Shown: piece by piece, positions 50,324 through 58,213 of the stretch
How the letters are laid out: the number at the start of each line of letters is the position of its first letter
Numbering within the stretch: the stretch's first letter is position 1
From: Lentimicrobiaceae bacterium
GTDB taxonomy: Bacteria; Bacteroidota; Bacteroidia; Bacteroidales; UBA4417
Assembly (NCBI GenBank): GCA_041753535.1
Contig: JBGSUB010000022.1
Coordinates: 28,768-92,767, forward strand
Direction of reading: 5' to 3'
DNA length: 64,000 nucleotides
The notes under the pieces: model-generated
Told to the model about the DNA's origin: nothing
Databases searched by the model: none
Seen by the model: only the letters and a program-made list of their open reading frames with translations
Position numbers and translations under genes: made by a program

Positions 50324-51433
50324 CTATTTCAGTCCCTTCATATTTTCGGCAGAATTCATTGCGCTGAGAATAGAATAACGGGCATGGGCCCTGACCACGA
50401 TCTTCGATTTCTCTTTCGAATCGTTAAGCCAGTTGGCCAATTGACTTAACCTGGTTTTTATTACTTGCGGGTTAATACATCTGGTGATAAAAAACATCTG
50501 AATATGAGCGTTTTTCTCCCAGAGGTAATACCCGAACGAGTCCTTAATTACAGTTAAATCGGGGTATCCAACCAGGTTTTTAACCTGTATTTCGGTAGCA
50601 GTGCCGTACACAGCCACGAAATGGATTACACCACTTTTCTCCTTTTTCCTTTTAATTAATTCATGCTCTTCAATAAACGGCCTGCCGATCAGATTTCGGG
50701 CATCGGCCACCGACATATTATCCGGAATGCAGTGAAATGCTTTCAATACATCCTGAAATGCAGGTATTGATTTGAAGGTTTCCTCAAAATGTACTTTCAT
50801 CTCGTTCTGCCTTTCGCTATACGTGCGTTTTGACCAATCGAGGGTATCGCCAAAAACATTGGATCCAAGAACTTCTTCTTTTCGCGTTTTAAATGATTTA
50901 TCAACTGAATCCAGAAGGTATCCTTTGATTTGAGTTAAAACAGTTTTCTTCAGTGCTTCGATGGTTGATGGAGCCGATATTTTCTCCATATGCCTGTAAG
51001 TGCGTTTAACATCGTTACTAAAAGCATCATTTTTCCCCTTAGCGGATTTATCAACAGGTAAAGTAAAGTATTTACTAAGATCCAACGCCCAGGTCATTCC
51101 TGAGAAATTTTCGATGGCAACCAGGAGTTCTTCATGGCAAATGCCGTTCGCCTGAATATCTTCAGGTGCCCAACCTGCTTCCCCGTTGTATAAGATAAGT
51201 ATTACGTTGCACGAACGCATGGTTATAAGACAACCCTCGAATGCGTTTTTTGTAAAATCGCCGTTGAAACTGGTTTCGTTGGTAACCACATCCAGGATTT
51301 TTTCGCCAAGAAATGTCTCCTGTTCAAGACTTTCGCGGATGTACTGACGGAGTTCCGTTAAGGTAAACGGTTGATCTAAGCCTTCGAACGAAGAGTGGAC
51401 CCGGCTGGATAAAAATACTCTTATTTTGTTCAT
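50324..51433 (-). CDS. DUF4062 (TIR-like) domain protein with an uncharacterised C-terminal domain (operon gene 4)
   Basis: The N-terminus reads IRVFLSSRV...LR..I...L.......C...+..CNVILILYNGEAGW.....GICHEEL, which matches the DUF4062 pattern (VFISS ... C ... D.hh.I.G.RYG ... TE.E). Confidence 0.65.
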   Translation of the reverse strand: MNKIRVFLSSRVHSSFEGLDQPFTLTELRQYIRESLEQETFLGEKILDVVTNETSFNGDFTKNAFEGCLITMRSCNVILILYNGEAGWAPEDIQANGICHEELLVAIENFSGMTWALDLSKYFTLPVDKSAKGKNDAFSNDVKRTYRHMEKISAPSTIEALKKTVLTQIKGYLLDSVDKSFKTRKEEVLGSNVFGDTLDWSKRTYSERQNEMKVHFEETFKSIPAFQDVLKAFHCIPDNMSVADARNLIGRPFIEEHELIKRKKEKSGVIHFVAVYGTATEIQVKNLVGYPDLTVIKDSFGYYLWEKNAHIQMFFITRCINPQVIKTRLSQLANWLNDSKEKSKIVVRAHARYSILSAMNSAENMKGLK

Positions 51434-51479
51434 ATTAACAGAGGTATGAAACCATAAAATATTCGGTGAAACCGATGAA

Positions 51480-53573
51480 TTAATCTTTTCTTTGAGGCTT
51501 GCCTATCCTGTCAAAGCGGTTTGCTTTTAAAACATCATTCAATGTCCATTCGGCATAATCCAAAACGCGCATATCGGCACCTACCTGTATCACCTTCGCT
51601 TTTTGATCGGGTAACTGAAACAACCTGATTGCCTTTATTTTTATTCCGGCTCTCATCAGGTAAAGAGCGATTAATTTTACATTTTCAATTTTTACATTTC
51701 CCTGTGTTCCCAGCCATATGGAATTGGTGGCAGTGTTGGCCATATTTACTTTCGGCTCCAGAATTACCAGTTTATATCCAAGTTCTTTCAGGCTTGTGAG
51801 TGCCCTGTCCTGGTCCGACAATTTCGGAAAATACATTATAGTAAAGGAAGTATCTATTTTACCTGTGAGATTATCAATCTGAGTATTCAGTTCCTGTAAC
51901 CTTTTAAAGTCATTCTTTGTAAACGTTTGTGCACGCTGCTTCGAAATGCCGAAGCGTTCGATGGAATCGGTCAGAATAACCTGGGAGTTAACTTTTGTTA
52001 TTGAATCTATCAAAGAATCATTTTTTATTTCCAGGTGCGCTCTTTCCTTAAGAACCTCATTTATACTTGATTTCAGTGTTGCTCCTATGGCAGCAAGAAT
52101 AATAACTACCAGCGCGCTTATTAATAACCGCAGCGTTCTTTTCCTGGATTTTTCTTTATTTAAAAGTCTATTCCTTTCATTTTCACTATCGCTCAGATAT
52201 TTTATGCTTTCATCAAACCCGTCTTTGTACCTGTTGGCCCAGGCCGGAATGGGCTTATATGTCTTATACCAATCGCTTGCTATCTGCAATTCGCTGCCAG
52301 ATAAAAAATCTTTTTCCTTTTGCTTGTATAAGCGAGTTGATTCAGCTAATCGCCTATAGATGGCTACCGATTCAGCTTCCTTGTCAACCCACTGGCATAA
52401 CGTATTCCATTGTCTTATAAGGCTCTCATGCGATATATCTATTATTTTATCGCCGGTATCTGCATTCCTGGTAACAACCAGGAATGATCTTTTATCTTTG
52501 ATGAAAAGGGTAATAATAGCGAGCAACTGTTCTTCACCAGCCCCTGTCAATTCTTTTAACTGACTGAGTAAAACGGGGCGCCTGATTTTCCGGCCATTTT
52601 CATCTATAGCAGTCAGTGATTGAAATATCTTTTTTGTAAGCAGCAAATCCTCTTCACTCATTCCGGCGAGGGCTTCATCCGCATGGTTCGACAGTGCTTT
52701 TTCTATTCCGCCTATGCTTTCGTAGTCAAGAAAATCGATCTCCCCGCTCTGATTCACATTCATTTCAAAATCCCACATGCGCATCAATGCATGTTGCAAC
52801 AAAGGCAACTCATCCTTAACCTTGCCCAACTCGTTGAGCAACAAGGATGTGATTGAAGGATTAAGTTTTCCACCATATAATCTGGCAGGGCTTTCAATTA
52901 CTGATTTTAATTGTACCCTGTTGAGCCTCGGAACGAGATACTGACTTTGGTTCATAGCCTCCGGCAAGCCGTAAAAACGGGCACAGTCGCCGATAAAATC
53001 GGAGCGCATGGTGATGACCACGTAAAAAGGAATGAGCTTTTGCTGCGAAAGTTCCAGTATAATGCTTACAAAATCAATGGCTTCATCTTTTCTGCCGGCA
53101 TCATTTTGCTCCATTGCAAAACGGAACAACTCTTCGAACTGATCAACTAACAAAAAGAAGTTTAAAGATTTTTCTTTCTTCTCCGGAATTATCTTTCGAA
53201 GCAGGGCATCTGCACCTTCTTCTATTATTTCCTGCTCCAGTTTCGAAATAGCTGCCTGATCGGTGTCAGGATTTAACTGGAGCAACATGGATTCTGCAAG
53301 GTTATACAACGGGCTTTGCCCGGGTTTCATGATGGCTATGGCCCAAAGATCGCTGTCGTTAACGAGGTAACCGGCTTTTAATGCCGGAATAAGTCCCGCG
53401 CGCAAAAGGGACGATTTGCCGCATCCCGAACTACCCACCACAGCCACAAAATGATGCTGATGCAGTCGCTGCAACAGTTCCATCGTTTGGTCATTGCGGC
53501 CAAAAAACAGAAGGCTTTCGTCGGTATCATAAGGCCGAAGCCCAACATACGGATTAGTACTATCTGTTCTCAT
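51480..53573 (-). CDS. STAND-class P-loop NTPase with a single TM helix and an uncharacterised C-terminal domain (operon gene 3)
   Basis: The N-terminus NPYVGLRPYDTDESLLFFGRNDQ runs into Walker A GSSGCGKSS (aa 47..55). Walker B is FFLLVDQFEELF (aa 139..150). The conserved ISHESLIRQWNTLCQWV helix is present. The TM segment is LRLLISALVVIILAAIGATL (aa 481..500, nt 52074..52133), followed by ~197 further aa. Confidence 0.8.
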   Translation of the reverse strand: MRTDSTNPYVGLRPYDTDESLLFFGRNDQTMELLQRLHQHHFVAVVGSSGCGKSSLLRAGLIPALKAGYLVNDSDLWAIAIMKPGQSPLYNLAESMLLQLNPDTDQAAISKLEQEIIEEGADALLRKIIPEKKEKSLNFFLLVDQFEELFRFAMEQNDAGRKDEAIDFVSIILELSQQKLIPFYVVITMRSDFIGDCARFYGLPEAMNQSQYLVPRLNRVQLKSVIESPARLYGGKLNPSITSLLLNELGKVKDELPLLQHALMRMWDFEMNVNQSGEIDFLDYESIGGIEKALSNHADEALAGMSEEDLLLTKKIFQSLTAIDENGRKIRRPVLLSQLKELTGAGEEQLLAIITLFIKDKRSFLVVTRNADTGDKIIDISHESLIRQWNTLCQWVDKEAESVAIYRRLAESTRLYKQKEKDFLSGSELQIASDWYKTYKPIPAWANRYKDGFDESIKYLSDSENERNRLLNKEKSRKRTLRLLISALVVIILAAIGATLKSSINEVLKERAHLEIKNDSLIDSITKVNSQVILTDSIERFGISKQRAQTFTKNDFKRLQELNTQIDNLTGKIDTSFTIMYFPKLSDQDRALTSLKELGYKLVILEPKVNMANTATNSIWLGTQGNVKIENVKLIALYLMRAGIKIKAIRLFQLPDQKAKVIQVGADMRVLDYAEWTLNDVLKANRFDRIGKPQRKD

Positions 53574-55087
53574 ACGGCATTGGTTTTTAAATCGTGTAAA
53601 AACCGGGTGAGCATCGCCTGGTTTAAGACAGGGTTATTGCTGCTGTCGATAACATTTACTTTCAGGAATTTTTGCCGTATAGCGATATCGTTTGCCTCCT
53701 TGTGCGGAGGAGCCATGTAAATAAAAAAATCCTGAATGGGATAATTCTTAGTGATGATAAGCTGTAGAGCCGCACTCATACGCTCAAGCACCCATTCCTT
53801 TGATACATTTCCGTATAAAAAAATCAATTTGGTAACCTGGCTGATTCTTTCGCTGAGGACATTGATATTAGTCCGGGGATCATCTTCCTGCGGATTGATA
53901 AATGGTTGTATATGATTTTCGATCAATACTTTACTGAGGTCGAGAGCATATATCTGGTCGTTATAATGTGTGTCAAGCAATACCGAAGTTTTACCCTTTT
54001 CCGCCTGCTTTGGAAGTTGTTGTAGCTTGAGTTGTTCGGCGAAGTCAATTATTAGCTGTGGAAGCTCACTTTTTGACCCTTTTATATATTCATATTCTTT
54101 GTTCGACGCCTTACCCGATTCGAGGGATTGCATAAAGTTCTTATACCCTTCTTCTTCGACTGAAACGATATCGGTTTCGGAGGGCACCCATATCATTTTT
54201 GATTTTGCAAACTCCAATGCAAGCTCGGTCTGCTTTTGAGGGTACCAGATTTCAGGTGTATCCAGCACTTCCTTACCGGGATATTGATCGAGCAAATGAA
54301 TGGAGAGATGCGCTTTTTCGAGTTCTTTTTTAACTTTTTGTTCGTGAGCAGCCGCTTCGTCAGGTGGGGGAATACCTGTTACAACATTGAAACCTTTTTT
54401 CTCCAGTTCGGTGATGGTTCTTTTACGAACAGTGCGTAATGAGTCGGACACTTCGCCCATAAAAATGGTAAAATGATCTTCGTCTTCTTCTTTTTGTTCC
54501 TCCGGATTCAGTGATGCACCGCTCAATTCATCATGAAAATCAGTCAGCAGTTTGTAAATTGCATCTCTTAAATTTTGCAAATTAGTCCTGAAGTCTGTTG
54601 TTCCGGTATCGAGCGGGTCGCCATAATCATCATCTTCTTTTGCATCATGAAAAGGGAAACCGGTGGTGCCGCTCAATTCGGAAGGCCATTCGCTGAAAGG
54701 AATATTATTGAGTAACACATTTACAATTCGCGACCGCGCGGCTATACTCAGCCCGGTTTTATCCGATTGTACTTTTTTATAAAACAGGTTTAGTTCCTGT
54801 TTGCAATAGTCGGAAACCGCATAACCTGGCGAGTTGAGGCAAACAAGGATAGCTGATTTCCTGATTCCTTCTTTAATGGATTCATCAAAAAGTACGCTGC
54901 CATCAAGCTTTTTGTTGTCCCACCATATCTTTACCGTATCCATCCTGCCAAACCTCTTGGCAAGCATCAGGTTCAGATTTTTGTAGAATTGCTCAATCCA
55001 TCCTTCGGCCTGGCCGGGGAAAGCTGCATTATCAACATGAGCGTAGCTAATAAAAATATCGTATTCATAACCCGGTATAAATGCCAT
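53570..55087 (-). CDS. TIR domain protein with two further TIR-like modules (operon gene 2)
   Basis: The N-terminus reads YDIFISYAHVDN...W...F...L...KIWWD...L.G.....I..GI.KSAILVCLNSPGY..SDYCKQEL (TIR_2 pattern with Glu). The second module starts HFTIFMGEVSDSLRTVRKRTITELEKKGFNV. The third starts TSVLLDTHYNDQIYALDLSKVLIENHIQPF. Its stop overlaps the next start (ATGA at 53570..53573). Confidence 0.8.
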   Translation of the reverse strand: MAFIPGYEYDIFISYAHVDNAAFPGQAEGWIEQFYKNLNLMLAKRFGRMDTVKIWWDNKKLDGSVLFDESIKEGIRKSAILVCLNSPGYAVSDYCKQELNLFYKKVQSDKTGLSIAARSRIVNVLLNNIPFSEWPSELSGTTGFPFHDAKEDDDYGDPLDTGTTDFRTNLQNLRDAIYKLLTDFHDELSGASLNPEEQKEEDEDHFTIFMGEVSDSLRTVRKRTITELEKKGFNVVTGIPPPDEAAAHEQKVKKELEKAHLSIHLLDQYPGKEVLDTPEIWYPQKQTELALEFAKSKMIWVPSETDIVSVEEEGYKNFMQSLESGKASNKEYEYIKGSKSELPQLIIDFAEQLKLQQLPKQAEKGKTSVLLDTHYNDQIYALDLSKVLIENHIQPFINPQEDDPRTNINVLSERISQVTKLIFLYGNVSKEWVLERMSAALQLIITKNYPIQDFFIYMAPPHKEANDIAIRQKFLKVNVIDSSNNPVLNQAMLTRFLHDLKTNAV

Positions 55088-55201
55088 AGCTGGAAATTAT
55101 TGAAAATTAATTTTCAAAGGGTCAACTGCAAAAATATTGATCTATAAACAGATAGAAACAATCTTTGTTCAAAGATATGTTCTGATTTTACATGTTTGAG
55201 A

Positions 55202-56623
55202 TTATGGATGCAGCAATGAAATTATTTTTTCAATAGGTCGTACTTCTTCATTTCTCCCTTTTCTGAAGTTGATAATCAGATTCAGATTTCCTTTTGTAGT
55301 GTCGAACATCCAGCTTTCCGAAGCCAATGGTTTTGCTTCGTAAAGAAACTCTTCCGCTTCATTATAGCGGTTTTCAATCACTGCCAGTTCCAATAAAGTT
55401 GCGAAATCCCAGTAATCAGGGTCTTTTCGTTTCATTTTAGCTTTTACAGCATATTCCACGGCAGGCACCAGCCGAAGGGCTTTTTGCTTTTCGCCCAGCA
55501 ATTCGAGGCTGGTAACAAAATTTACTCCTGGATAAGCATCGCGGGGATCGGATTCGAACCCTTTTTCGTAATATTTCAGGGCATTTCTCAGGTTTACTTT
55601 CGCTTCTCCGGCGGAACCACTTTTGTATGCCCTGTCAAATTTATCTTTGTAAATTCTTCCCCAGATTCCATACGATTCACTGCTAGCCCTGCCTTCGGTT
55701 TCCAGTTTTTGCAGTACTTCTATGGCTTCACTTATCATCACTTCATCTATTGGTTTTGCCTTCCCACCATTGCGGTTAAGAATAAATGCATACTGTTCCT
55801 GCACCATCAGGGTTTCGAAAACATAACGCGGCAATTGCTTTATAAATTCCAGCATTTCCTTGAAGGCTTCGATATTGCGGTACGAAATCATGATATCGAT
55901 CAGCACTGCCGTTTCTATATTTTCGAGTGGTTTGTATTTATCCACAATTGCATTTATTGCATCTGTTTTTTTTGTTTTGATTTTATCAGGATCGGTATCA
56001 GTAACGCTGCGGGCATATGCCAATTCATTTTTAATAAATTTATCATACTGAACTTTATCCCTGAAAACATCAGTTTTTTCATGCGCCACTGAATTTTGAA
56101 ATGAAATGCCGTTGATCATATCGTACAATGGGCTGTCGGTTGACCGTTTCTGCTTGGCTGTTGTAAGTATTTCGGCCAGTTTATTAATATCATTTTCTCT
56201 ATCCGAGAGGTTAAAATCTTTGTCAACCTGGTATGCAAACGTACGGTTCATGCCTACATCGAAGGGCAAGGGGAAATGTGACGAAGCGATTATAGGAATG
56301 GTTGAATAAGGCTTTACCGCATAGCGCATGCCTAATTCGTAATAGGCGTTAGGGTTGGCATTGGTTAAGTCGGCAACACAAAATTCGCATAGTACAATTT
56401 TTTCGTACATGGTTTTATGAATGGAGCCAGAGTTGGTCTCTTCCCTTTCTATCAAAGGCTCCATCCCGGCTTTAATAATAGCCGGTTTTACGAGGTCTTC
56501 GTAAATTTTATCGAAATCAATTTGCTGCACACTATCCGTTTTACCGGCGGCAAAGTTTGCTTTGAGGCTATTCAGGTTTTCTTTTTTGCCAAAAGATGTG
56601 ATAACAAAACAAAAAGGGTTCAT
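55202..56623 (-). CDS. DUF4071 / MAP3K-TRAF-binding-like protein: N-terminal TIR/deoxyribohydrolase-like Rossmannoid domain plus TPR-like helical repeats (operon gene 1)
   Basis: The N-terminus reads NPFCFVITSFGKK....IDFDKIYEDLVKPAI.KAGMEPLIEREE..SGSIHKTMYEKIVLCEFCVADLTNANPNAYYELGMRYA.KP. This matches my recollection of the bacterial DUF4071 consensus (CFVIMPFG...IDFD.VY...I.PAI...G...R.DE...G.I.K.M...L...Y..ADLT..N.NV.YELG.R). The C-terminal helical repeats include ALKYYEKGFESDPRDAYPGVNF. Confidence 0.7.
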   Translation of the reverse strand: MNPFCFVITSFGKKENLNSLKANFAAGKTDSVQQIDFDKIYEDLVKPAIIKAGMEPLIEREETNSGSIHKTMYEKIVLCEFCVADLTNANPNAYYELGMRYAVKPYSTIPIIASSHFPLPFDVGMNRTFAYQVDKDFNLSDRENDINKLAEILTTAKQKRSTDSPLYDMINGISFQNSVAHEKTDVFRDKVQYDKFIKNELAYARSVTDTDPDKIKTKKTDAINAIVDKYKPLENIETAVLIDIMISYRNIEAFKEMLEFIKQLPRYVFETLMVQEQYAFILNRNGGKAKPIDEVMISEAIEVLQKLETEGRASSESYGIWGRIYKDKFDRAYKSGSAGEAKVNLRNALKYYEKGFESDPRDAYPGVNFVTSLELLGEKQKALRLVPAVEYAVKAKMKRKDPDYWDFATLLELAVIENRYNEAEEFLYEAKPLASESWMFDTTKGNLNLIINFRKGRNEEVRPIEKIISLLHP

Positions 56624-56744
56624 AATAAATAGTTTTTATATTGTTAAGATAATAAAGTTAACACTTTAGTTAAAAACTTGTTCAGGGACAAATTAATTAA
56701 CTTACTTCTTCCTGAATTGAAATAATTTGTTAATAGAATTAATT

Positions 56745-56771
56745 CAAAAAAGCCAACCCTTTCGGGTCAGC
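56745..56771 (-). terminator. Rho-independent terminator of the upstream lipoprotein gene; it insulates the TIR/STAND operon
   Basis: On the minus strand, GCUGACCC GAAA GGGUUGGC (8 bp stem with two G-U pairs and a GNRA loop) is followed by a U-run (the plus-strand A-run at 56745..56751). It lies 42 nt after the stop at 56813. Confidence 0.55.
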
Positions 56772-56812
56772 TTTTCTCCAATTTAATTGGAAGTATATAA
56801 AAGAATTGAGGT

Positions 56813-57748
56813 TTAGAGTGGGAGAAAAAATGTTCCCGATTGGTTGTTTTTTTGCCAGTCGACACGGTAGCGGGTCGGACATTCATCACCAACAATCGGC
56901 TCATTATTATCGTTGTACCCGAAAGTGATAGTTGCGCTTTTGCTGTCGGATGGAATCTGGTGGATTTTAATTCCCGAAACCGGGTTCCACTCGCAAGCCT
57001 GCCTGTGAACCACTGATTGGGTTATTTGTGTATAGAATACTTCACCTTGTCTGTTGGTGCCCCAAACAACCAGGTTCTGGTATTCGCCTTCTGCTCCGAA
57101 TCCATCAACCGTGAGTATCATTTGTCCGGGTGTACCGGTATAGGTGAGCTGGCGGGCTACATTCCAGGTGCGGCTTGTGCCGTTGTTGAAACTGGCCTGC
57201 ATAGTTCCGCTTACCCTCTCAACATAGGAATCGAGAGTTGTACCAACCTGCCAGCGGTGTCCGCCGTTTACATTTACAAAGGTTTTTGTGCCGTTGAGTG
57301 TTACTGAATTTCCTGTTGCAACGCGCGTTACCGTAAAATTTATATATTTATAAATGATTGTTGCACCGGGAAGTTCCCAATGTGTACCCAGTTTCTTTTT
57401 AATCTCAATTTTGCCCGTACGCAGGCGGGTTTCGTTGCAGTTGAGGCCGTTATAGGTTATATAAAGTGTTACGGTATCGTTTAAAACTGCCACTGAATCA
57501 ACGGTTGCATTGCAGGGTAACCATGCGGTTGATTTCAAGTTGCCGCCGTTGTTCGACATTACAGAACTAATGTCGCTGATAGCATCGTTCATTATGCTTT
57601 CAACTTCATTTTCATCTGCTGAGAGTTGCTTGAGGGATTCCGGGTTTTCATTGGCTGAGCTGAGATCTTCCTTTGCGCATGATGCGAAGGTTAGTGCAAT
57701 AGCCGAAATAAGAATGATTGCCAGGTGGAAGAGATTTTTCGTTTTCAT
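56813..57748 (-). CDS. Hypothetical lipoprotein
   Basis: 311 aa with a signal peptide and lipobox (ALTFASC). No family was recognised. Confidence 0.5.
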   Translation of the reverse strand: MKTKNLFHLAIILISAIALTFASCAKEDLSSANENPESLKQLSADENEVESIMNDAISDISSVMSNNGGNLKSTAWLPCNATVDSVAVLNDTVTLYITYNGLNCNETRLRTGKIEIKKKLGTHWELPGATIIYKYINFTVTRVATGNSVTLNGTKTFVNVNGGHRWQVGTTLDSYVERVSGTMQASFNNGTSRTWNVARQLTYTGTPGQMILTVDGFGAEGEYQNLVVWGTNRQGEVFYTQITQSVVHRQACEWNPVSGIKIHQIPSDSKSATITFGYNDNNEPIVGDECPTRYRVDWQKNNQSGTFFLPL

Positions 57749-57924
57749 AGTGATACTGTTTTTGTTATTTTAATTGAGTGATTAACTGTTTTCAATAATA
57801 ATACACCTGAGTTTGATTTTACCCTGATGCGGTTCTTTAATTTTTTTGTTAGCGGGGATTGAAAAGATTGAAAAGATTGATAGGTTTGAAGGGTTTGAAG
57901 GGTTTAAAGAGTTAGAGTGATTGA

Positions 57925-58187
57925 CCCGAAACACTTCCAACCCGAAACATTTCAAAACCCAAAACACTTCAAACCCGAAACACTTCAAACCCGAAACACT
58001 TCAAACCCGAAACACTTCCATCCCGAAACACTTCTAACCCGAAACATTTCAAAACCCGAAACACTTCAAACCCGAAACACTTCCTTCCCGAAACACTTCC
58101 AACCCGAAACATTTCAGAACCCGAAACATTTCAAAACCCGAAACATTTCCAACCCGAAACACTTCCAACCCGAAACATTTCTAACCC
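57925..58187. repeat. Tandem array of about 16 copies of a 16-17 nt unit (cccgaaacacttcmaa)
   Basis: Contiguous units such as cccgaaacacttccaa, cccgaaacatttcaaaa, cccaaaacacttcaaa and cccgaaacacttcaaa, with no spacers. The array is preceded at 57850..57915 by G-rich words (gattgaaaa x2, ggtttgaag x2). Confidence 0.85.
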
Positions 58188-58213
58188 ATTATTTCCGGAA
58201 TTCTCGTGGTAAA

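Noticed and set aside
55541-55565. tRNA-like T-loop sequence ggattcgaacc
   Set aside because: It lies inside the DUF4071/TPR CDS. The flanking bases do not form a T-stem or the rest of a cloverleaf on either strand.
48922-56623. Calling the TIR/STAND operon a mobile genomic island or prophage fragment
   Set aside because: No integrase, transposase, tRNA target, phage structural gene or flanking direct repeats are visible. Accessory status is plausible, but mobility cannot be supported from this window.
57925-58187. Possible CRISPR array
   Set aside because: The 16-17 nt units are contiguous, with no unique spacers, and are far shorter than CRISPR repeats. No cas genes are nearby. This is a simple tandem repeat.
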